From IMG/VR virus record IMGVR_UViG_3300005676_000004: DNA of 64,000 bases; one strand, written 5' to 3'. The DNA comes from a virus. The translations under genes and the position numbers were made by a program. Below the pieces are notes generated by a model. The model ran no database searches and was not told the origin of the DNA. It saw nothing but the letters and a program-made list of their open reading frames with translations. This document shows positions 9,607 through 19,394 of this stretch, in pieces (positions within the stretch are counted from its first letter, which is position 1; every line of letters begins with the position of its first letter).

Positions 9607-10776
9607 TTAAAACATGCGACACCCAATCGCAAGTACAGTTTTGTCAAAAAATTTAGAAATTTCCTTTATCTCTTCTTCTTTATATTTCATCTTCTTAAGA
9701 TTCTTCTCAACTGCCGATTGAAAAGCTACTGTGTAGTTCGGACCTTGTTTCTTCCGAATGGAAGCGGTCCAGATGATAGCTTGCATTTCATGAGGTGCCA
9801 TATTATGTTTCTTCGCTAGCTGTTGCGTTATCTTTGCAAGATACATGTACGTAGACTTTGAAGCTAAGGATTTTTCCTGCTCTGCCTTCGTCATGTGAGG
9901 GTAGAAGAACGCAACCATCCACGTATCTATCGTTACGGGCATCCATCCAGTATCATGGTATTTGAATGACGGGTCAAGTAGATTTAACGTAAACGATAGT
10001 ACTTTCTCGGCTGATATGAATGAATCAGATTTAATGGTGTGTGTCACGCTAAGATGTTTGGCAACTTCTCGAATAACGTCCGACTTAGAAAACACCCAAT
10101 TTTTTGACTTATACAATTTTAGTACATTGAGGAAATTTTTAAGGAATACGTTAATGAACAACGCTCCCGTGACAGCTCCTTGAACGCATTTTAGCTCCGA
10201 AAATTCACCAGATTTAATTCTGACTAGTGCCTCGGATGACGATAGTGAAAGTAGTTTATCTAGAAGTGCATGACTTTCTGGATTTTCTAAATCTTTCTTT
10301 ATTCCACAAAATACTTGAGATGCTAACCTAAGGTTACCTTCTAGCTTTTGTTTTGGTGAGAAGATTGCAAGCAATATCAAGAAGAGACAACCATCAGATT
10401 CCCCTAAAATTTCAAGGGCTGTCTTATTCATAGATGTATACCAATCCTTCGCCTCAAGTCCGACGTCTATCGCCTCGGTAATAGTCTTTAAAACTTTTTT
10501 ATCAATTGCCACGACAGTCCCACCCGCTTCCAAGTCTTTTATGCTAGTGGTGACGTCACCGCGTTTAGATGAAGCAGCGACGGAGCGCATTGATACTGGC
10601 TCATCTTCGTGTAGCGTATCTTCAACGAGAACATCTAGCTCACCGCCAAAGACATTTGCGACTCGTTCAATGTCCTGAAATGCATCTTTAGAGAGGGTAA
10701 ATCTAACCTTGTCTCCCGCTATCTCCGTATCAATGTCTTCTGACGTTATCTTACGTTTTACGGTTTGTCGTCTCAT
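9607..10776 (-). CDS. Phage protein with HhH-GPD DNA-glycosylase-like (DUF7178-like) domain
   Basis: DWY..LLAIFSP..N.RLA..K..SF..NL..PVTIDTWM..Y..LA..P.EMQAIIW pattern. Confidence 0.55.
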   Translation of the reverse strand: MRRQTVKRKITSEDIDTEIAGDKVRFTLSKDAFQDIERVANVFGGELDVLVEDTLHEDEPVSMRSVAASSKRGDVTTSIKDLEAGGTVVAIDKKVLKTITEAIDVGLEAKDWYTSMNKTALEILGESDGCLFLILLAIFSPKQKLEGNLRLASQVFCGIKKDLENPESHALLDKLLSLSSSEALVRIKSGEFSELKCVQGAVTGALFINVFLKNFLNVLKLYKSKNWVFSKSDVIREVAKHLSVTHTIKSDSFISAEKVLSFTLNLLDPSFKYHDTGWMPVTIDTWMVAFFYPHMTKAEQEKSLASKSTYMYLAKITQQLAKKHNMAPHEMQAIIWTASIRKKQGPNYTVAFQSAVEKNLKKMKYKEEEIKEISKFFDKTVLAIGCRMF

Positions 10777-10815
10777 TCACGTATCCAAGTTTTTAAACAA
10801 TATAAGGTTGATGAC

Positions 10816-10823
10816 TATAAATA
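10816..10823 (-). promoter_or_regulatory. Putative late-promoter motif TATTTATA (minus strand)
   Basis: 40 nt upstream of ATG 10776. Confidence 0.55.
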
Positions 10824-10868
10824 TGTATCATCAACCTTTTAACTGTGTTTTTTCGTACGTGTAGATGT

Positions 10869-11711
10869 CTACGAGAGCATTAAAACCTTCACGACTATGG
10901 CTAGAATATTCAACAAGGGAACTATACAGTGGTTACCGATGAATAGCCATAGCAATAGTGCCATAAACGCAGGGAGTGAGACAGCTTTGTACAATATGAG
11001 TGCATCGTGCAGGGACGCCTCTCCAGGTAATAGCATAAGTTTACGAATAAACACCAACGCTACAGCTTGGACAGCTATGAGAGGTGTTATGCTTGGAATA
11101 ACTACGTATGGGATAATCATAATTGGTATTGAGAGCACGAGACCAACACTTGAGAGGGTGTAGAACATCCGAAACAGTCCAGATTGGTTCGGTCTACCAT
11201 CAACGGTAACATCTCCTCTGATAACTCGATGCGATGCCTCGTTCTCAACGAATATCAGTGCAACGTCAAGAGCCAACGCTGTGAATGACAAGAACGCCAA
11301 TGTGACGATTAACGGTGCAGCTACACTCCAAATGGAAAAGCCAAACATTATCGGCGTTAGCACCGAGACGCCAACCGTGAACAGTAACGAGTACAGATAT
11401 GCCGACTTCAGCGGTATCACCATGAGGAGTGCAGAGAATAACTCCTTTAGTTCTACTAAGCCGAACATCCTACACCTTTCAACTAGTTCTCGAAGTTTGT
11501 CTCCGAAAACCGTGGTGTATATTAGCATATCGTCGTCTGGGCGTTTCATTGTGTCGTGTTCAGCACGTCTATTATTCATGTGATGTTCTAGGAAATCCAT
11601 AATCCGCCAACCAGTCATAAAACCAAGGGCGGTAGTTAGCATATATGAGTCAACCCATGCTGTTATAAGAGTAATTGTCTGTATAACGAGGGTGAGACTC
11701 ACATAGTACAC
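10869..11711 (-). CDS. Multi-pass membrane protein
   Basis: Six or more hydrophobic segments. Confidence 0.7.
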   Translation of the reverse strand: MYYVSLTLVIQTITLITAWVDSYMLTTALGFMTGWRIMDFLEHHMNNRRAEHDTMKRPDDDMLIYTTVFGDKLRELVERCRMFGLVELKELFSALLMVIPLKSAYLYSLLFTVGVSVLTPIMFGFSIWSVAAPLIVTLAFLSFTALALDVALIFVENEASHRVIRGDVTVDGRPNQSGLFRMFYTLSSVGLVLSIPIMIIPYVVIPSITPLIAVQAVALVFIRKLMLLPGEASLHDALILYKAVSLPAFMALLLWLFIGNHCIVPLLNILAIVVKVLMLS

Positions 11712-11770
11712 CTATTTTATATTGAAGCTACTGCATCTACGCGCAGACTATATCTATACATACAAATCAA

Positions 11771-12226
11771 TTATGGTAATTGATCTGGGTTTGATAGTCT
11801 TGATACTCTCAAACAAGTGGAATACGATGACGTTGGTGGGGTATTGTCATGTTCCATCACTGCATCCGTATGGTTGTAGTACGTGTAATCGAGATGAGAG
11901 ATTTCACCAGTTGGTGGATGTGGTAGCGGAAAGACTTTTATTGAACGTGCGATATACTTTTGTCTCATAGTCTTAGCAAACGCCAAGACGAAGATGGGCC
12001 ACATGAACCAACCGAAGGCAACACCTAGTATTGCCGACGTCATCACGTTCACAATTGGGTTTTCATTCGTGAAGATTTTACGCCGTTTCTCGTGACTCCG
12101 ATCTTTTTTAGGTATCGGAATGAGACAGATAAACGAGATAACTCCACTTATCCAGAAGTAAACTTTCCAACTAGTTAACAGTGCAATGAGTTCTATCATA
12201 TAATTTGTTTCCAGGTTTATTATCAA
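11771..12226 (-). CDS. Hypothetical membrane protein
   Basis: Two hydrophobic segments. Confidence 0.6.
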   Translation of the reverse strand: MIINLETNYMIELIALLTSWKVYFWISGVISFICLIPIPKKDRSHEKRRKIFTNENPIVNVMTSAILGVAFGWFMWPIFVLAFAKTMRQKYIARSIKVFPLPHPPTGEISHLDYTYYNHTDAVMEHDNTPPTSSYSTCLRVSRLSNPDQLP

Positions 12227-12238
12227 GATGAAACGTTT

Positions 12239-12601
12239 TTAACTCTCACTTTCAAGGATAGACTGATCTAACTTCAAAAGTAGGTCTAGGTAGCGTGTGA
12301 CAATGCCACTGCAATATCCTAGTTGATACGAATTTTTAGTGATAATTTCGGTTAATATCTGTACTCTGTCTTCGTCGGTGCCTTCATTGAATTTCATTCG
12401 ATTTTCTATTTGTGGACATTTTACTGCATCATGTATCTCTATGATAAGTGACATGAGCATGTCCTTTAGGATGGAGTTCTGAGTAGCTAGATTTGTTTCA
12501 TGAAGTTTTGTAATTTTGTCTAGAATCTCGTTGGACTTTACCAATCTATGCGAGACTAGATTCTCTACTAGAGCGGTGTATGCTTCGTCAACTGTATTCA
12601 T
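12239..12601 (-). CDS. Hypothetical protein
   Basis: Co-oriented ORF, helical composition. Confidence 0.6.
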   Translation of the reverse strand: MNTVDEAYTALVENLVSHRLVKSNEILDKITKLHETNLATQNSILKDMLMSLIIEIHDAVKCPQIENRMKFNEGTDEDRVQILTEIITKNSYQLGYCSGIVTRYLDLLLKLDQSILESES

Positions 12602-12652
12602 TGTGAATCTTGAAGGTGTGTGCTTAAAATGTATAGTGGGTGGGTGAACGTA

Positions 12653-12844
12653 TTACCGCCACCCAACCATCTTTGAAATTGCAACGTGGTCAACATCTTT
12701 CCTCTTCTCATTCATGACGGAAGTGAAGTATTCCCACGTTTCCTCATCTGCGAAGAACGTGTCGCCCACTGGTGCAAACCTAACCAGCCGTAACATGTCT
12801 TCATACGAAGCATTGTCAATCCAGTTTTTCTGTTCAGTAGTCAT
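12653..12844 (-). CDS. Small conserved phage-type protein (WIDNASYEDML..RFAPVG)
   Basis: Start re-called to ATG 12844 behind an AAGGA RBS. Confidence 0.6.
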   Translation of the reverse strand: MTTEQKNWIDNASYEDMLRLVRFAPVGDTFFADEETWEYFTSVMNEKRKDVDHVAISKMVGWR

Positions 12845-12882
12845 CTTGGTTTCCTTGTGATGAATTTGTAAAGAGTTTGCTG

Positions 12883-13284
12883 TCAGTCTAGCCGAGATTC
12901 TACATAGCACTCAATACCATGTTCGCGAAGTTCGCGGCAGACCGTAGTTGCAAACTTAACATTTCGTTCGTATGACTGTGATTGAGTCCACGTGCCTGCA
13001 CTCATAGATGCAGCCTTATTATATTCGGAATACCGAAAATGTCCTGTCTTTATGAGTTCCTTCGTTACACGCTTACGAGCGTCAGGAACTAAAACGTACC
13101 CGAAGCCACAGACACCTTCGGAGACGTACCACGCCTTATCTACTGGCGAATGATCATCCAATGGATTTGTGTGCTGTGCAACCATCATCGGAGTCGGTGT
13201 AATACTCTCAGCCTCACGAATTGCAACTCCGATTGCATTTAACAGAATTGCCTCAACGTCCATTGTCTGCTTCGGTGACTTCAT
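12883..13284 (-). CDS. Conserved phage protein (GVCGF..V / QSYER motif family)
   Basis: EGVCGFGYV...QSYERNVKFA...ESRLD. Confidence 0.65.
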   Translation of the reverse strand: MKSPKQTMDVEAILLNAIGVAIREAESITPTPMMVAQHTNPLDDHSPVDKAWYVSEGVCGFGYVLVPDARKRVTKELIKTGHFRYSEYNKAASMSAGTWTQSQSYERNVKFATTVCRELREHGIECYVESRLD

Positions 13285-13391
13285 ACTGTCCTCGTCCGCG
13301 TGATAGTGATTGTGTGTTTGTTTAACGCCACTAACTTACGTCTATTCTATACCACGGACAATACGTAGTTCTACGTATAGTAGACTCATGG

Positions 13392-13616
13392 TTATTGATT
13401 GCGGAAGAACTTCCCAATACGTGAAGCTAAAAACTTAAAGATGCTTACTGTCTCATCGGGTACTTCACGGCTAGTGTCTATGAAGTTCATTGGACGTATT
13501 TCGGTGTCTAGCTCATTAATGTTGTTTGCATTTTTGTCAAGTATAATCTGTGCAAGTTTCATACCTGCTCTTGACCATTGCCCCTCATCTTTTATTTCAT
13601 TGTTCATTAGGTTCAT
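13392..13616 (-). CDS. Hypothetical protein
   Basis: Co-oriented, overlaps the upstream gene. Confidence 0.5.
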   Translation of the reverse strand: MNLMNNEIKDEGQWSRAGMKLAQIILDKNANNINELDTEIRPMNFIDTSREVPDETVSIFKFLASRIGKFFRNQ

Positions 13617-13950
13617 CCCATCTCGTCCATAAGTTGAAAATACGACTAAACTGACGTGTAATCATCTGTTCAATGACTAGATGATCAACAAGTACGATGT
13701 CGCCTGAATAAGATCGTGTAGGGTCGTCATAACGACCATCGTCGCTGAAATAAACTTCTATGCGAATGATGTTCTTAAACTTGTTGTCAATTAAACTTCG
13801 TACGTAATGTACTTGATTCAAATCATTCACGCGTATAATAACACGCCGACCTTCATTTTCAGATACAAGTCGTTCTGCTTCTCTGACCATTCTAGTTGTC
13901 CGTCCAGTTCGACGCTTTGCGTCAAACATACTTTTAAGGGTATCTGTCAT
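13597..13950 (-). CDS. Phage protein with RRTGRTT P-loop-like motif
   Basis: KRRTGRTTRM near the N-terminus. Confidence 0.55.
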   Translation of the reverse strand: MTDTLKSMFDAKRRTGRTTRMVREAERLVSENEGRRVIIRVNDLNQVHYVRSLIDNKFKNIIRIEVYFSDDGRYDDPTRSYSGDIVLVDHLVIEQMITRQFSRIFNLWTRWDEPNEQ

Positions 13951-14176
13951 GTGTCACCATGTTGTGATTATATAATTGATGCGATCGTCCTAGTCCATTC
14001 GGGTAAAAATGATCATCTGCCATACCTTCGCCATGACCACGTTTAAGTGTCCATCCGAATTCATTATCAGCGTAACCATACCCAGTTTGATAGAATATCC
14101 CAGCACCTTCACCAGTACCGTTTCCTTCATCTATCAACGGAGTTAATTCGTTACTCAGTATGATTGGATCATTCAT
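13934..14176 (-). CDS. Small Gly-rich protein
   Basis: GNGTGEGAG, TGYGY, GHGEG; ATGA-coupled to the upstream gene. Confidence 0.55.
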   Translation of the reverse strand: MNDPIILSNELTPLIDEGNGTGEGAGIFYQTGYGYADNEFGWTLKRGHGEGMADDHFYPNGLGRSHQLYNHNMVTHDRYP

Positions 14177-14481
14177 GATTTCTCTTCAAATGCAGGAATG
14201 TTCTTGATTGATTGAGTAGCGACGTCGGTACATGGTATAATTTCACACGCATCGAGGATGTGCATCGGCTCTACCACTGTCATTGAAAATATACAGTCAC
14301 TTTCTTTACCTTGTGCTACTCCCATAACGGCAAGTCCGGATAATGAGAACGATGATCTCCACTGTATCAATCTGCGTGATTGTCGTATGACTACATCGCG
14401 CCCTTCGTGTTTTACGTATTTGCCGAAATGCACTCCCGCATCTCGTGCTCGTACAATGACATGTTGCCCAGGACTAATCAT
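14173..14481 (-). CDS. DUF6948-like phage protein
   Basis: VIVRARDAGVHFG..RRLIQW..SLSGLA..G..CEIIPCT. Confidence 0.65.
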   Translation of the reverse strand: MISPGQHVIVRARDAGVHFGKYVKHEGRDVVIRQSRRLIQWRSSFSLSGLAVMGVAQGKESDCIFSMTVVEPMHILDACEIIPCTDVATQSIKNIPAFEEKS

Positions 14482-14879
14482 GTTCTCTCCATGTTACTAT
14501 ATTCTTTCATAAATGAATACCGAAACCAATCCGGTGCATCTAACATATCACAGTATTCATGCCACTCGCTCGTGAAGAACCCTAAGTCAGTGACACCTTG
14601 TTTCCACATCTTGATATGGAGATTTACGGATGCTTTCGTGGTAATTAACGTTCGTAAAATATTTGGATGTTTGGTTGGAACTAGTTTTCCTTGTGAATCG
14701 TAAAGCATAAATGCTCGTAGTCCATTGAGCGACGTGCGTGAATATACTATATCGGGAATAACTCGTCCTGATATTTCAAATCGATGACGATTCCTAAGAT
14801 AGAATCTAACGTCTCGGATAAATCTATCTGATAGCTTCTTTTTCATCGTGTCTGTCTTGTTGCAAAATCCAATTTCCAT
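14478..14879 (-). CDS. Hypothetical protein
   Basis: ATGA-coupled to the downstream gene. Confidence 0.6.
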   Translation of the reverse strand: MEIGFCNKTDTMKKKLSDRFIRDVRFYLRNRHRFEISGRVIPDIVYSRTSLNGLRAFMLYDSQGKLVPTKHPNILRTLITTKASVNLHIKMWKQGVTDLGFFTSEWHEYCDMLDAPDWFRYSFMKEYSNMERT

Positions 14880-15153
14880 GAACAGTTATCCAGCGACCAG
14901 TGTGACGTTCTTGAAATTTGATTTCGTCACCTTCTTGATAAATGATCTTAGCGACGTGATACGTCGATACAAATTTACCATCAACGCCGAGAACAGTAAT
15001 GGTGTAATGCTTTTTGTATTCATCTTCTTCTTGATGTTGACCAATATACTGCTGAAGGAAGATAAATAATACCACAATTCCAATACCGCATACAAAGCCA
15101 ATGATAATTCTTCTTGCAATCATATCGGCATATGCATCTATGAATCCATTCAT
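14824..15153 (-). CDS. Single-TM membrane protein
   Basis: N-terminal hydrophobic helix; ATGA overlap. Confidence 0.6.
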   Translation of the reverse strand: MNGFIDAYADMIARRIIIGFVCGIGIVVLFIFLQQYIGQHQEEDEYKKHYTITVLGVDGKFVSTYHVAKIIYQEGDEIKFQERHTGRWITVHGNWILQQDRHDEKEAIR

Positions 15154-15392
15154 ATCTTCCTCGTTGATCGTTCTAGTGTTTGCGGATACTTAGAATTGAT
15201 TGATCCGAATAACTGTGCATCAATCTCACAACTTACAACATATTTCCGACAATTCCAAACGCTTTCTAGAGATAGCCTAACTATTTTCTCGTGGTCGTTT
15301 GCAAATGACACGATTTCTTTGTAAGTTGTATCTGCTATATTCACAACTAACACCCAAGGCAAGAGATGCGAAACTATGAAATAAGACAACAT
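15150..15392 (-). CDS. Hypothetical protein, 5' end uncertain (runs into the + strand island)
   Basis: Stop is ATGA-coupled to 14824-15153; the longer track call overlaps the + strand gene. Confidence 0.35.
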   Translation of the reverse strand: MLSYFIVSHLLPWVLVVNIADTTYKEIVSFANDHEKIVRLSLESVWNCRKYVVSCEIDAQLFGSINSKYPQTLERSTRKI

Positions 15393-15644
15393 GCACAGAA
15401 CGCTATAGTGGCAGTTCTCATAGCGTGTGGGTTTATAGGATTGGCTGTCTTGATACATAATCTTTTCCCACCAAAATCCTGGACGGCGACGATTACACAT
15501 TATCACCCAAATGGGTTGTTTGATGTGTACAAGGTAAAACATGATGAACTTGAGATTAAAGGTAACACGATTCATATACACCGTCGGGGATTGGTGCTCG
15601 GTGGAGACTTTACTATCAAGTACACTACCGACACTGTACAGTAG
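15366..15644 (+). CDS. Single-TM membrane protein (inverted island gene 1)
   Basis: Hydrophobic helix; AC-rich leader like other early genes. Confidence 0.6.
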   Translation: MRNYEIRQHAQNAIVAVLIACGFIGLAVLIHNLFPPKSWTATITHYHPNGLFDVYKVKHDELEIKGNTIHIHRRGLVLGGDFTIKYTTDTVQ

Positions 15645-15658
15645 ACGAGAAGATAATC

Positions 15659-15898
15659 ATGAAGATTCCAAGACCAAGTGTAGGCGGTGTCTACTGGTAC
15701 ATCGATACACGTACAAACATTTCACGTGTAACTAGGTGGTTCAACACGGTAGAAGACGAGCATAGATATTCCCAAGGAAATGTTCATAGGGCAAGGCAGT
15801 CTGCTGAGCGTTGGTGGACTGAATTCCGTTTGGAGTCTAACTCTAATGGGCGAGATAGGCTTCGCGGTACTAATTGGACTCGGGCATTTGTAATGTAA
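15659..15898 (+). CDS. PxxG-Y/W...W...GNC/V family protein (inverted island gene 2)
   Basis: RPSVGGVYWYID..W..EHRYSQGNVH. Confidence 0.65.
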   Translation: MKIPRPSVGGVYWYIDTRTNISRVTRWFNTVEDEHRYSQGNVHRARQSAERWWTEFRLESNSNGRDRLRGTNWTRAFVM

Positions 15899-15927
15899 TT
15901 GTTTACCTAGATTTCAAAAAGATCATT

Positions 15928-16284
15928 ATGAAAACGTGCGCAAGCTGTGAACATTATCGCCATAGAAGACAGGAGTGTGGTCACCCGTCTGGCATTCATA
16001 CAGAAACAGACCCTATATCGGGATATGTTGAAATTACATATCCATGGGTGAAGATTATGAGAGGCATTGAAAGACCTAGCCGTGGTTGGCTTACTGGTGA
16101 GATGGCGTATAGTCCAAAACAAATTTGTGGGTTGGATGGTAAACTGTGGGAACCAAAGAAAAGAAGACTAGCTGGTAACTTTACATCATTCTTGTCACGT
16201 GTGTTTAGTAAAGTCTTTCGTTCTATACCAGGGCTTCGGCGTGTTAAATTACTATCAAAAATGATAAATAAAAAAGAGGAATGA
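15928..16284 (+). CDS. Cys-rich CxxC..C..CG..GK.WEPK family protein (inverted island gene 3)
   Basis: MKTCASCEHY..CGHP..CGLDGKLWEPK. Confidence 0.65.
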   Translation: MKTCASCEHYRHRRQECGHPSGIHTETDPISGYVEITYPWVKIMRGIERPSRGWLTGEMAYSPKQICGLDGKLWEPKKRRLAGNFTSFLSRVFSKVFRSIPGLRRVKLLSKMINKKEE

Positions 16285-16353
16285 CTTTTTGTGCATCATT
16301 CCTCTCTTTGAATAGCGACGGTTGGGCTGTGCGCTATACGAAATATTCAGTGA

Positions 16354-16965
16354 TTAGCTAGACTTAGTAGTGTATTTTGGTACATCGTGTTCATTTGGTA
16401 CAATGTACAAATCTTTAAGTTCGTAAAATCCATATCGAATGCCTGGTGAATAATAACCATTCTTATCAAATGGAACCCAAGAGCATTTGCAAATTCCTTC
16501 ATCACGTAGAACGTATTCTACATTCATCTTATATGGATGATCAAAGCACACTACGGTTGTCCCTACTGTGATATAATCGTCTGGTACTTCATCACTATAA
16601 TCGTCGGCAGACGATTCATCGTTAGTAACATTTACAGTGCCGCAACTATTAACTGGAGACTGAAGTATTTGATTGATTATCTTCAGATTTTCAGCCGCTT
16701 CTTGCATAGGTTCACTTATGTTTTTTGGCAACTCCCAGTTAGATTTTTTACAAATAGATATAATTTCACCTACTGCTGCGCTCATTACTAGGTACACTGT
16801 GTCTTGGAGCATAGACACCTTAACATTTCCACTCTTATCTTTGAGATTGAGATATCCATCTTGAAATTTCCACGTTGTAATGTCGTGGATGAACGTAGTA
16901 AAATTTTGAACATCAACAATTAATACACCATTTGGATTTGACAATGGTGGTTGTGTGTTTTTCAT
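16354..16965 (-). CDS. Protein with C-terminal YodC/DUF2158-like domain
   Basis: VGTTVVCFDHPYKMNVE..CKCSW; paralog of 17440. Confidence 0.55.
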   Translation of the reverse strand: MKNTQPPLSNPNGVLIVDVQNFTTFIHDITTWKFQDGYLNLKDKSGNVKVSMLQDTVYLVMSAAVGEIISICKKSNWELPKNISEPMQEAAENLKIINQILQSPVNSCGTVNVTNDESSADDYSDEVPDDYITVGTTVVCFDHPYKMNVEYVLRDEGICKCSWVPFDKNGYYSPGIRYGFYELKDLYIVPNEHDVPKYTTKSS

Positions 16966-17002
16966 GGTAGTAACCTTTACATTAAAAAATTAGTTGGCGA
17001 TG

Positions 17003-17416
17003 TCAATCTAGTGCTAGAATTGCAGTCTGAACTGCCGTCTTAAATGAAACTAGATCGTTTGAAATCGTCTTTGACGTAGAGCCGCGTATCATACGAACAT
17101 TACAAACTAGTTGTGAGTCAATTACCCTGAAACGGAAGTGAATTCCGTTTTTGATAACTTCAATAATTACGGCATTGTCTATCGTTGGTGTAGTGAAGTG
17201 AGGGATAAAGCCACTTGAGTATAGCTCTGCCAGTAGATTTACTGCTCCGGTAATAGCAGTCGGATTAGGGCTAGGAGACCCATATCCATCCCAATTATTA
17301 CCTAGTTGGTAAAATTCTTGTAAATTCTTCTGGTGTAATGAGTACAATCGTTTAGCATACTCATGGTATGTCTCTACTGTGGATTGATCCTTAGTATGTA
17401 TTGCTTTGGTTTTCAT
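17003..17416 (-). CDS. Hypothetical protein (L.NNWDGYG..P motif)
   Basis: Motif recurrent in phage and mobile proteins. Confidence 0.6.
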   Translation of the reverse strand: MKTKAIHTKDQSTVETYHEYAKRLYSLHQKNLQEFYQLGNNWDGYGSPSPNPTAITGAVNLLAELYSSGFIPHFTTPTIDNAVIIEVIKNGIHFRFRVIDSQLVCNVRMIRGSTSKTISNDLVSFKTAVQTAILALD

Positions 17417-17439
17417 GTCACTAGCGAGTTGTTTGTATT

Positions 17440-18183
17440 CTATGATGTAGGAGCATTGCTTGCTCCTTTAAATTCACCATTTGCATCAAACGATACTTTA
17501 CGATCTCCATATTGAACATCATATCCGTTGGTGTTCGGTTGAATTGACATCGGGCGATCAATACCGAGATGCGTATTGATGATGCTGATGAAAGTAGAAA
17601 CCGTTCTCAGCCACTGAGGTGAGCAGTCCGGTTCCGGTACTATATACAATTCATCTATATTGTACGTGCTTCGATGTATGTTTTTGCTCCACTCGCCACT
17701 CTTGTCAAACGAAAACCATACACAAGTACATGTATTCAATTCTAAATCAAATCGTTCAACCGTCATCGTAAATGGATGATCATCACACAATACAAGTGTG
17801 CCGATCTCCATACCGTTTGGTATTGTTTGTGTTTCCATGCTAATGCCTTTCAAAAATGTCAGTGTATGCGATTTCAATTGAACTTCGTGATGCATCGTTC
17901 CAGTTTCATCAAATTTCCAATTTACTTCGTTCATTTTAGGACCTTCTTCTTTAGGTAGCCATCCTATTGCATCTGTAAGAAATGACTTCAAATGCTCCGA
18001 TGTAAATCTCACGTATGATTGGTGTGGTATGTGTACAAGTTTACCTGGAAATTGAATAATAACTTCCACTGGGTCTTCTGGAAAAGTTTCCATTGATCTG
18101 AGTTTAGACGGATCAACCTCATGATCTACCTCAAAATAAAGGAATTGTATTTCTAATTTCGTTTCCATATTACTGATCCTCAT
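17440..18183 (-). CDS. Protein with YodC/DUF2158-like domain
   Basis: IGTLVLCDDHPFTMTVE..CTCVWF..ELYIVP; paralog of 16354. Confidence 0.55.
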   Translation of the reverse strand: MRISNMETKLEIQFLYFEVDHEVDPSKLRSMETFPEDPVEVIIQFPGKLVHIPHQSYVRFTSEHLKSFLTDAIGWLPKEEGPKMNEVNWKFDETGTMHHEVQLKSHTLTFLKGISMETQTIPNGMEIGTLVLCDDHPFTMTVERFDLELNTCTCVWFSFDKSGEWSKNIHRSTYNIDELYIVPEPDCSPQWLRTVSTFISIINTHLGIDRPMSIQPNTNGYDVQYGDRKVSFDANGEFKGASNAPTS

Positions 18184-18370
18184 TAAGTTTATTGATTCGT
18201 CGTTGTTTCTCTTCCCATCGTGACCGGAAGTATTCCATCACCAGCTTGTCATCTTCTGTAACTGGATACCTTGTTTCATCACGATACTTTGCAAGTATAC
18301 GTTCTTTCTCTTCTGGGCTAGTGTTTGCCCATGCCTCTTTGAGGCGTTCCAATACTGTTTTATCTTCCAT
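18170..18370 (-). CDS. Small charged hypothetical protein
   Basis: Start re-called to MEDKTVL. Confidence 0.5.
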   Translation of the reverse strand: MEDKTVLERLKEAWANTSPEEKERILAKYRDETRYPVTEDDKLVMEYFRSRWEEKQRRINKLNEDQ

Positions 18371-18371
18371 A

Positions 18372-18854
18372 TTAGTATTGCTTTTTCGTTTTGTTCTTTT
18401 TATTCCACCGCAACAACGTTGAGATAACCCAGCTAGATATGGATTCGACTGCGTTCTGTATGTCCATATCCTTAGTACTGTGATAATCTCTGATATAGAT
18501 GTCGCCCATATACTCGGATACAATTTGATCGCTGTCGTCAGTATGATCGGTTAGAATTAATGAGATTTCAGTACTGTCGCCCCAACGTCGACTAACACTC
18601 ATAATACATTTGCAATTATCATCCAAGTTTGATATTGCATATACGAGTTCATAGTTAGCATCCAAATTTGGCGTCAGTCTAAGGTGTAACTCAAATCCTA
18701 ATTTGGTAAATATGTCACGGATTAAATTGTCAAACCGTGTCTCCACACCCCGAGGGATTCTTGGTTGCTGTAATATCCAAGGGGTGTAAACAAAGAACAC
18801 ATCATTTCTAGAATCACCCATTATATTTTCTTTCTTGTTTTTGAAACCATACAA
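18372..18854 (-). CDS. Hypothetical protein
   Basis: 160-aa ORF; contains the 41-nt repeat. Confidence 0.6.
   Translation of the reverse strand: MYGFKNKKENIMGDSRNDVFFVYTPWILQQPRIPRGVETRFDNLIRDIFTKLGFELHLRLTPNLDANYELVYAISNLDDNCKCIMSVSRRWGDSTEISLILTDHTDDSDQIVSEYMGDIYIRDYHSTKDMDIQNAVESISSWVISTLLRWNKKNKTKKQY
18722..18762. repeat. 41-nt exact repeat, copy 1
   Basis: TTAAATTGTCAAACCGTGTCTCCACACCCGAGGGATTCTTG, identical to 60073-60113. Confidence 0.95.
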
Positions 18855-19008
18855 AACTTGTTATACTAATAAATATGTGCCTACTATTGAACTATGTCGT
18901 TATTCTCTTCTTCGTGCCTAGGACAACCTTTACCAGTACAGTCAAATTGAAAGCTCATGGGATTTTAAGCGTTATGAGTTTTTATGTAAATTTATGTGTT
19001 GCAGATCA

Positions 19009-19383
19009 TTATTCTAAGTAGTCAAGTCCCGCGATCGCACGTCGGTAGACGTCCTCTGGTCGCATTGGCGTCCATCCTTTACCAGCGGAATCAAGCCACC
19101 ATGTGACGTATCCATATACGTCGAGTGATGCAATGCAGAGTCCAACGCGTTCAAATTTTCCGTAACCCTGCACTACATACATCTCACCATCTTTTGGGTA
19201 CTCATCTTCCATCTTCTTCCAACGTAGCTGATCTGCAAGATGACCTTCTAAGATAGTGACATGCTTATCTTGAGCACTGAATATATCTTCGGCTCCGCCA
19301 TTGCTGTGCACTGCGGAAATTACTAGAGTGCCAGTGTCATGATAATCCACAGTATCAACCTTGCCTTCAAGTATTGTCTTCAT
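19009..19383 (-). CDS. GHL..LRW.K..YRPAI.G.DY family protein
   Basis: VTILEGHLADQLRWKK..YRRAIAGLDYLE. Confidence 0.75.
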   Translation of the reverse strand: MKTILEGKVDTVDYHDTGTLVISAVHSNGGAEDIFSAQDKHVTILEGHLADQLRWKKMEDEYPKDGEMYVVQGYGKFERVGLCIASLDVYGYVTWWLDSAGKGWTPMRPEDVYRRAIAGLDYLE

Positions 19384-19394
19384 TGTGTAGTACC

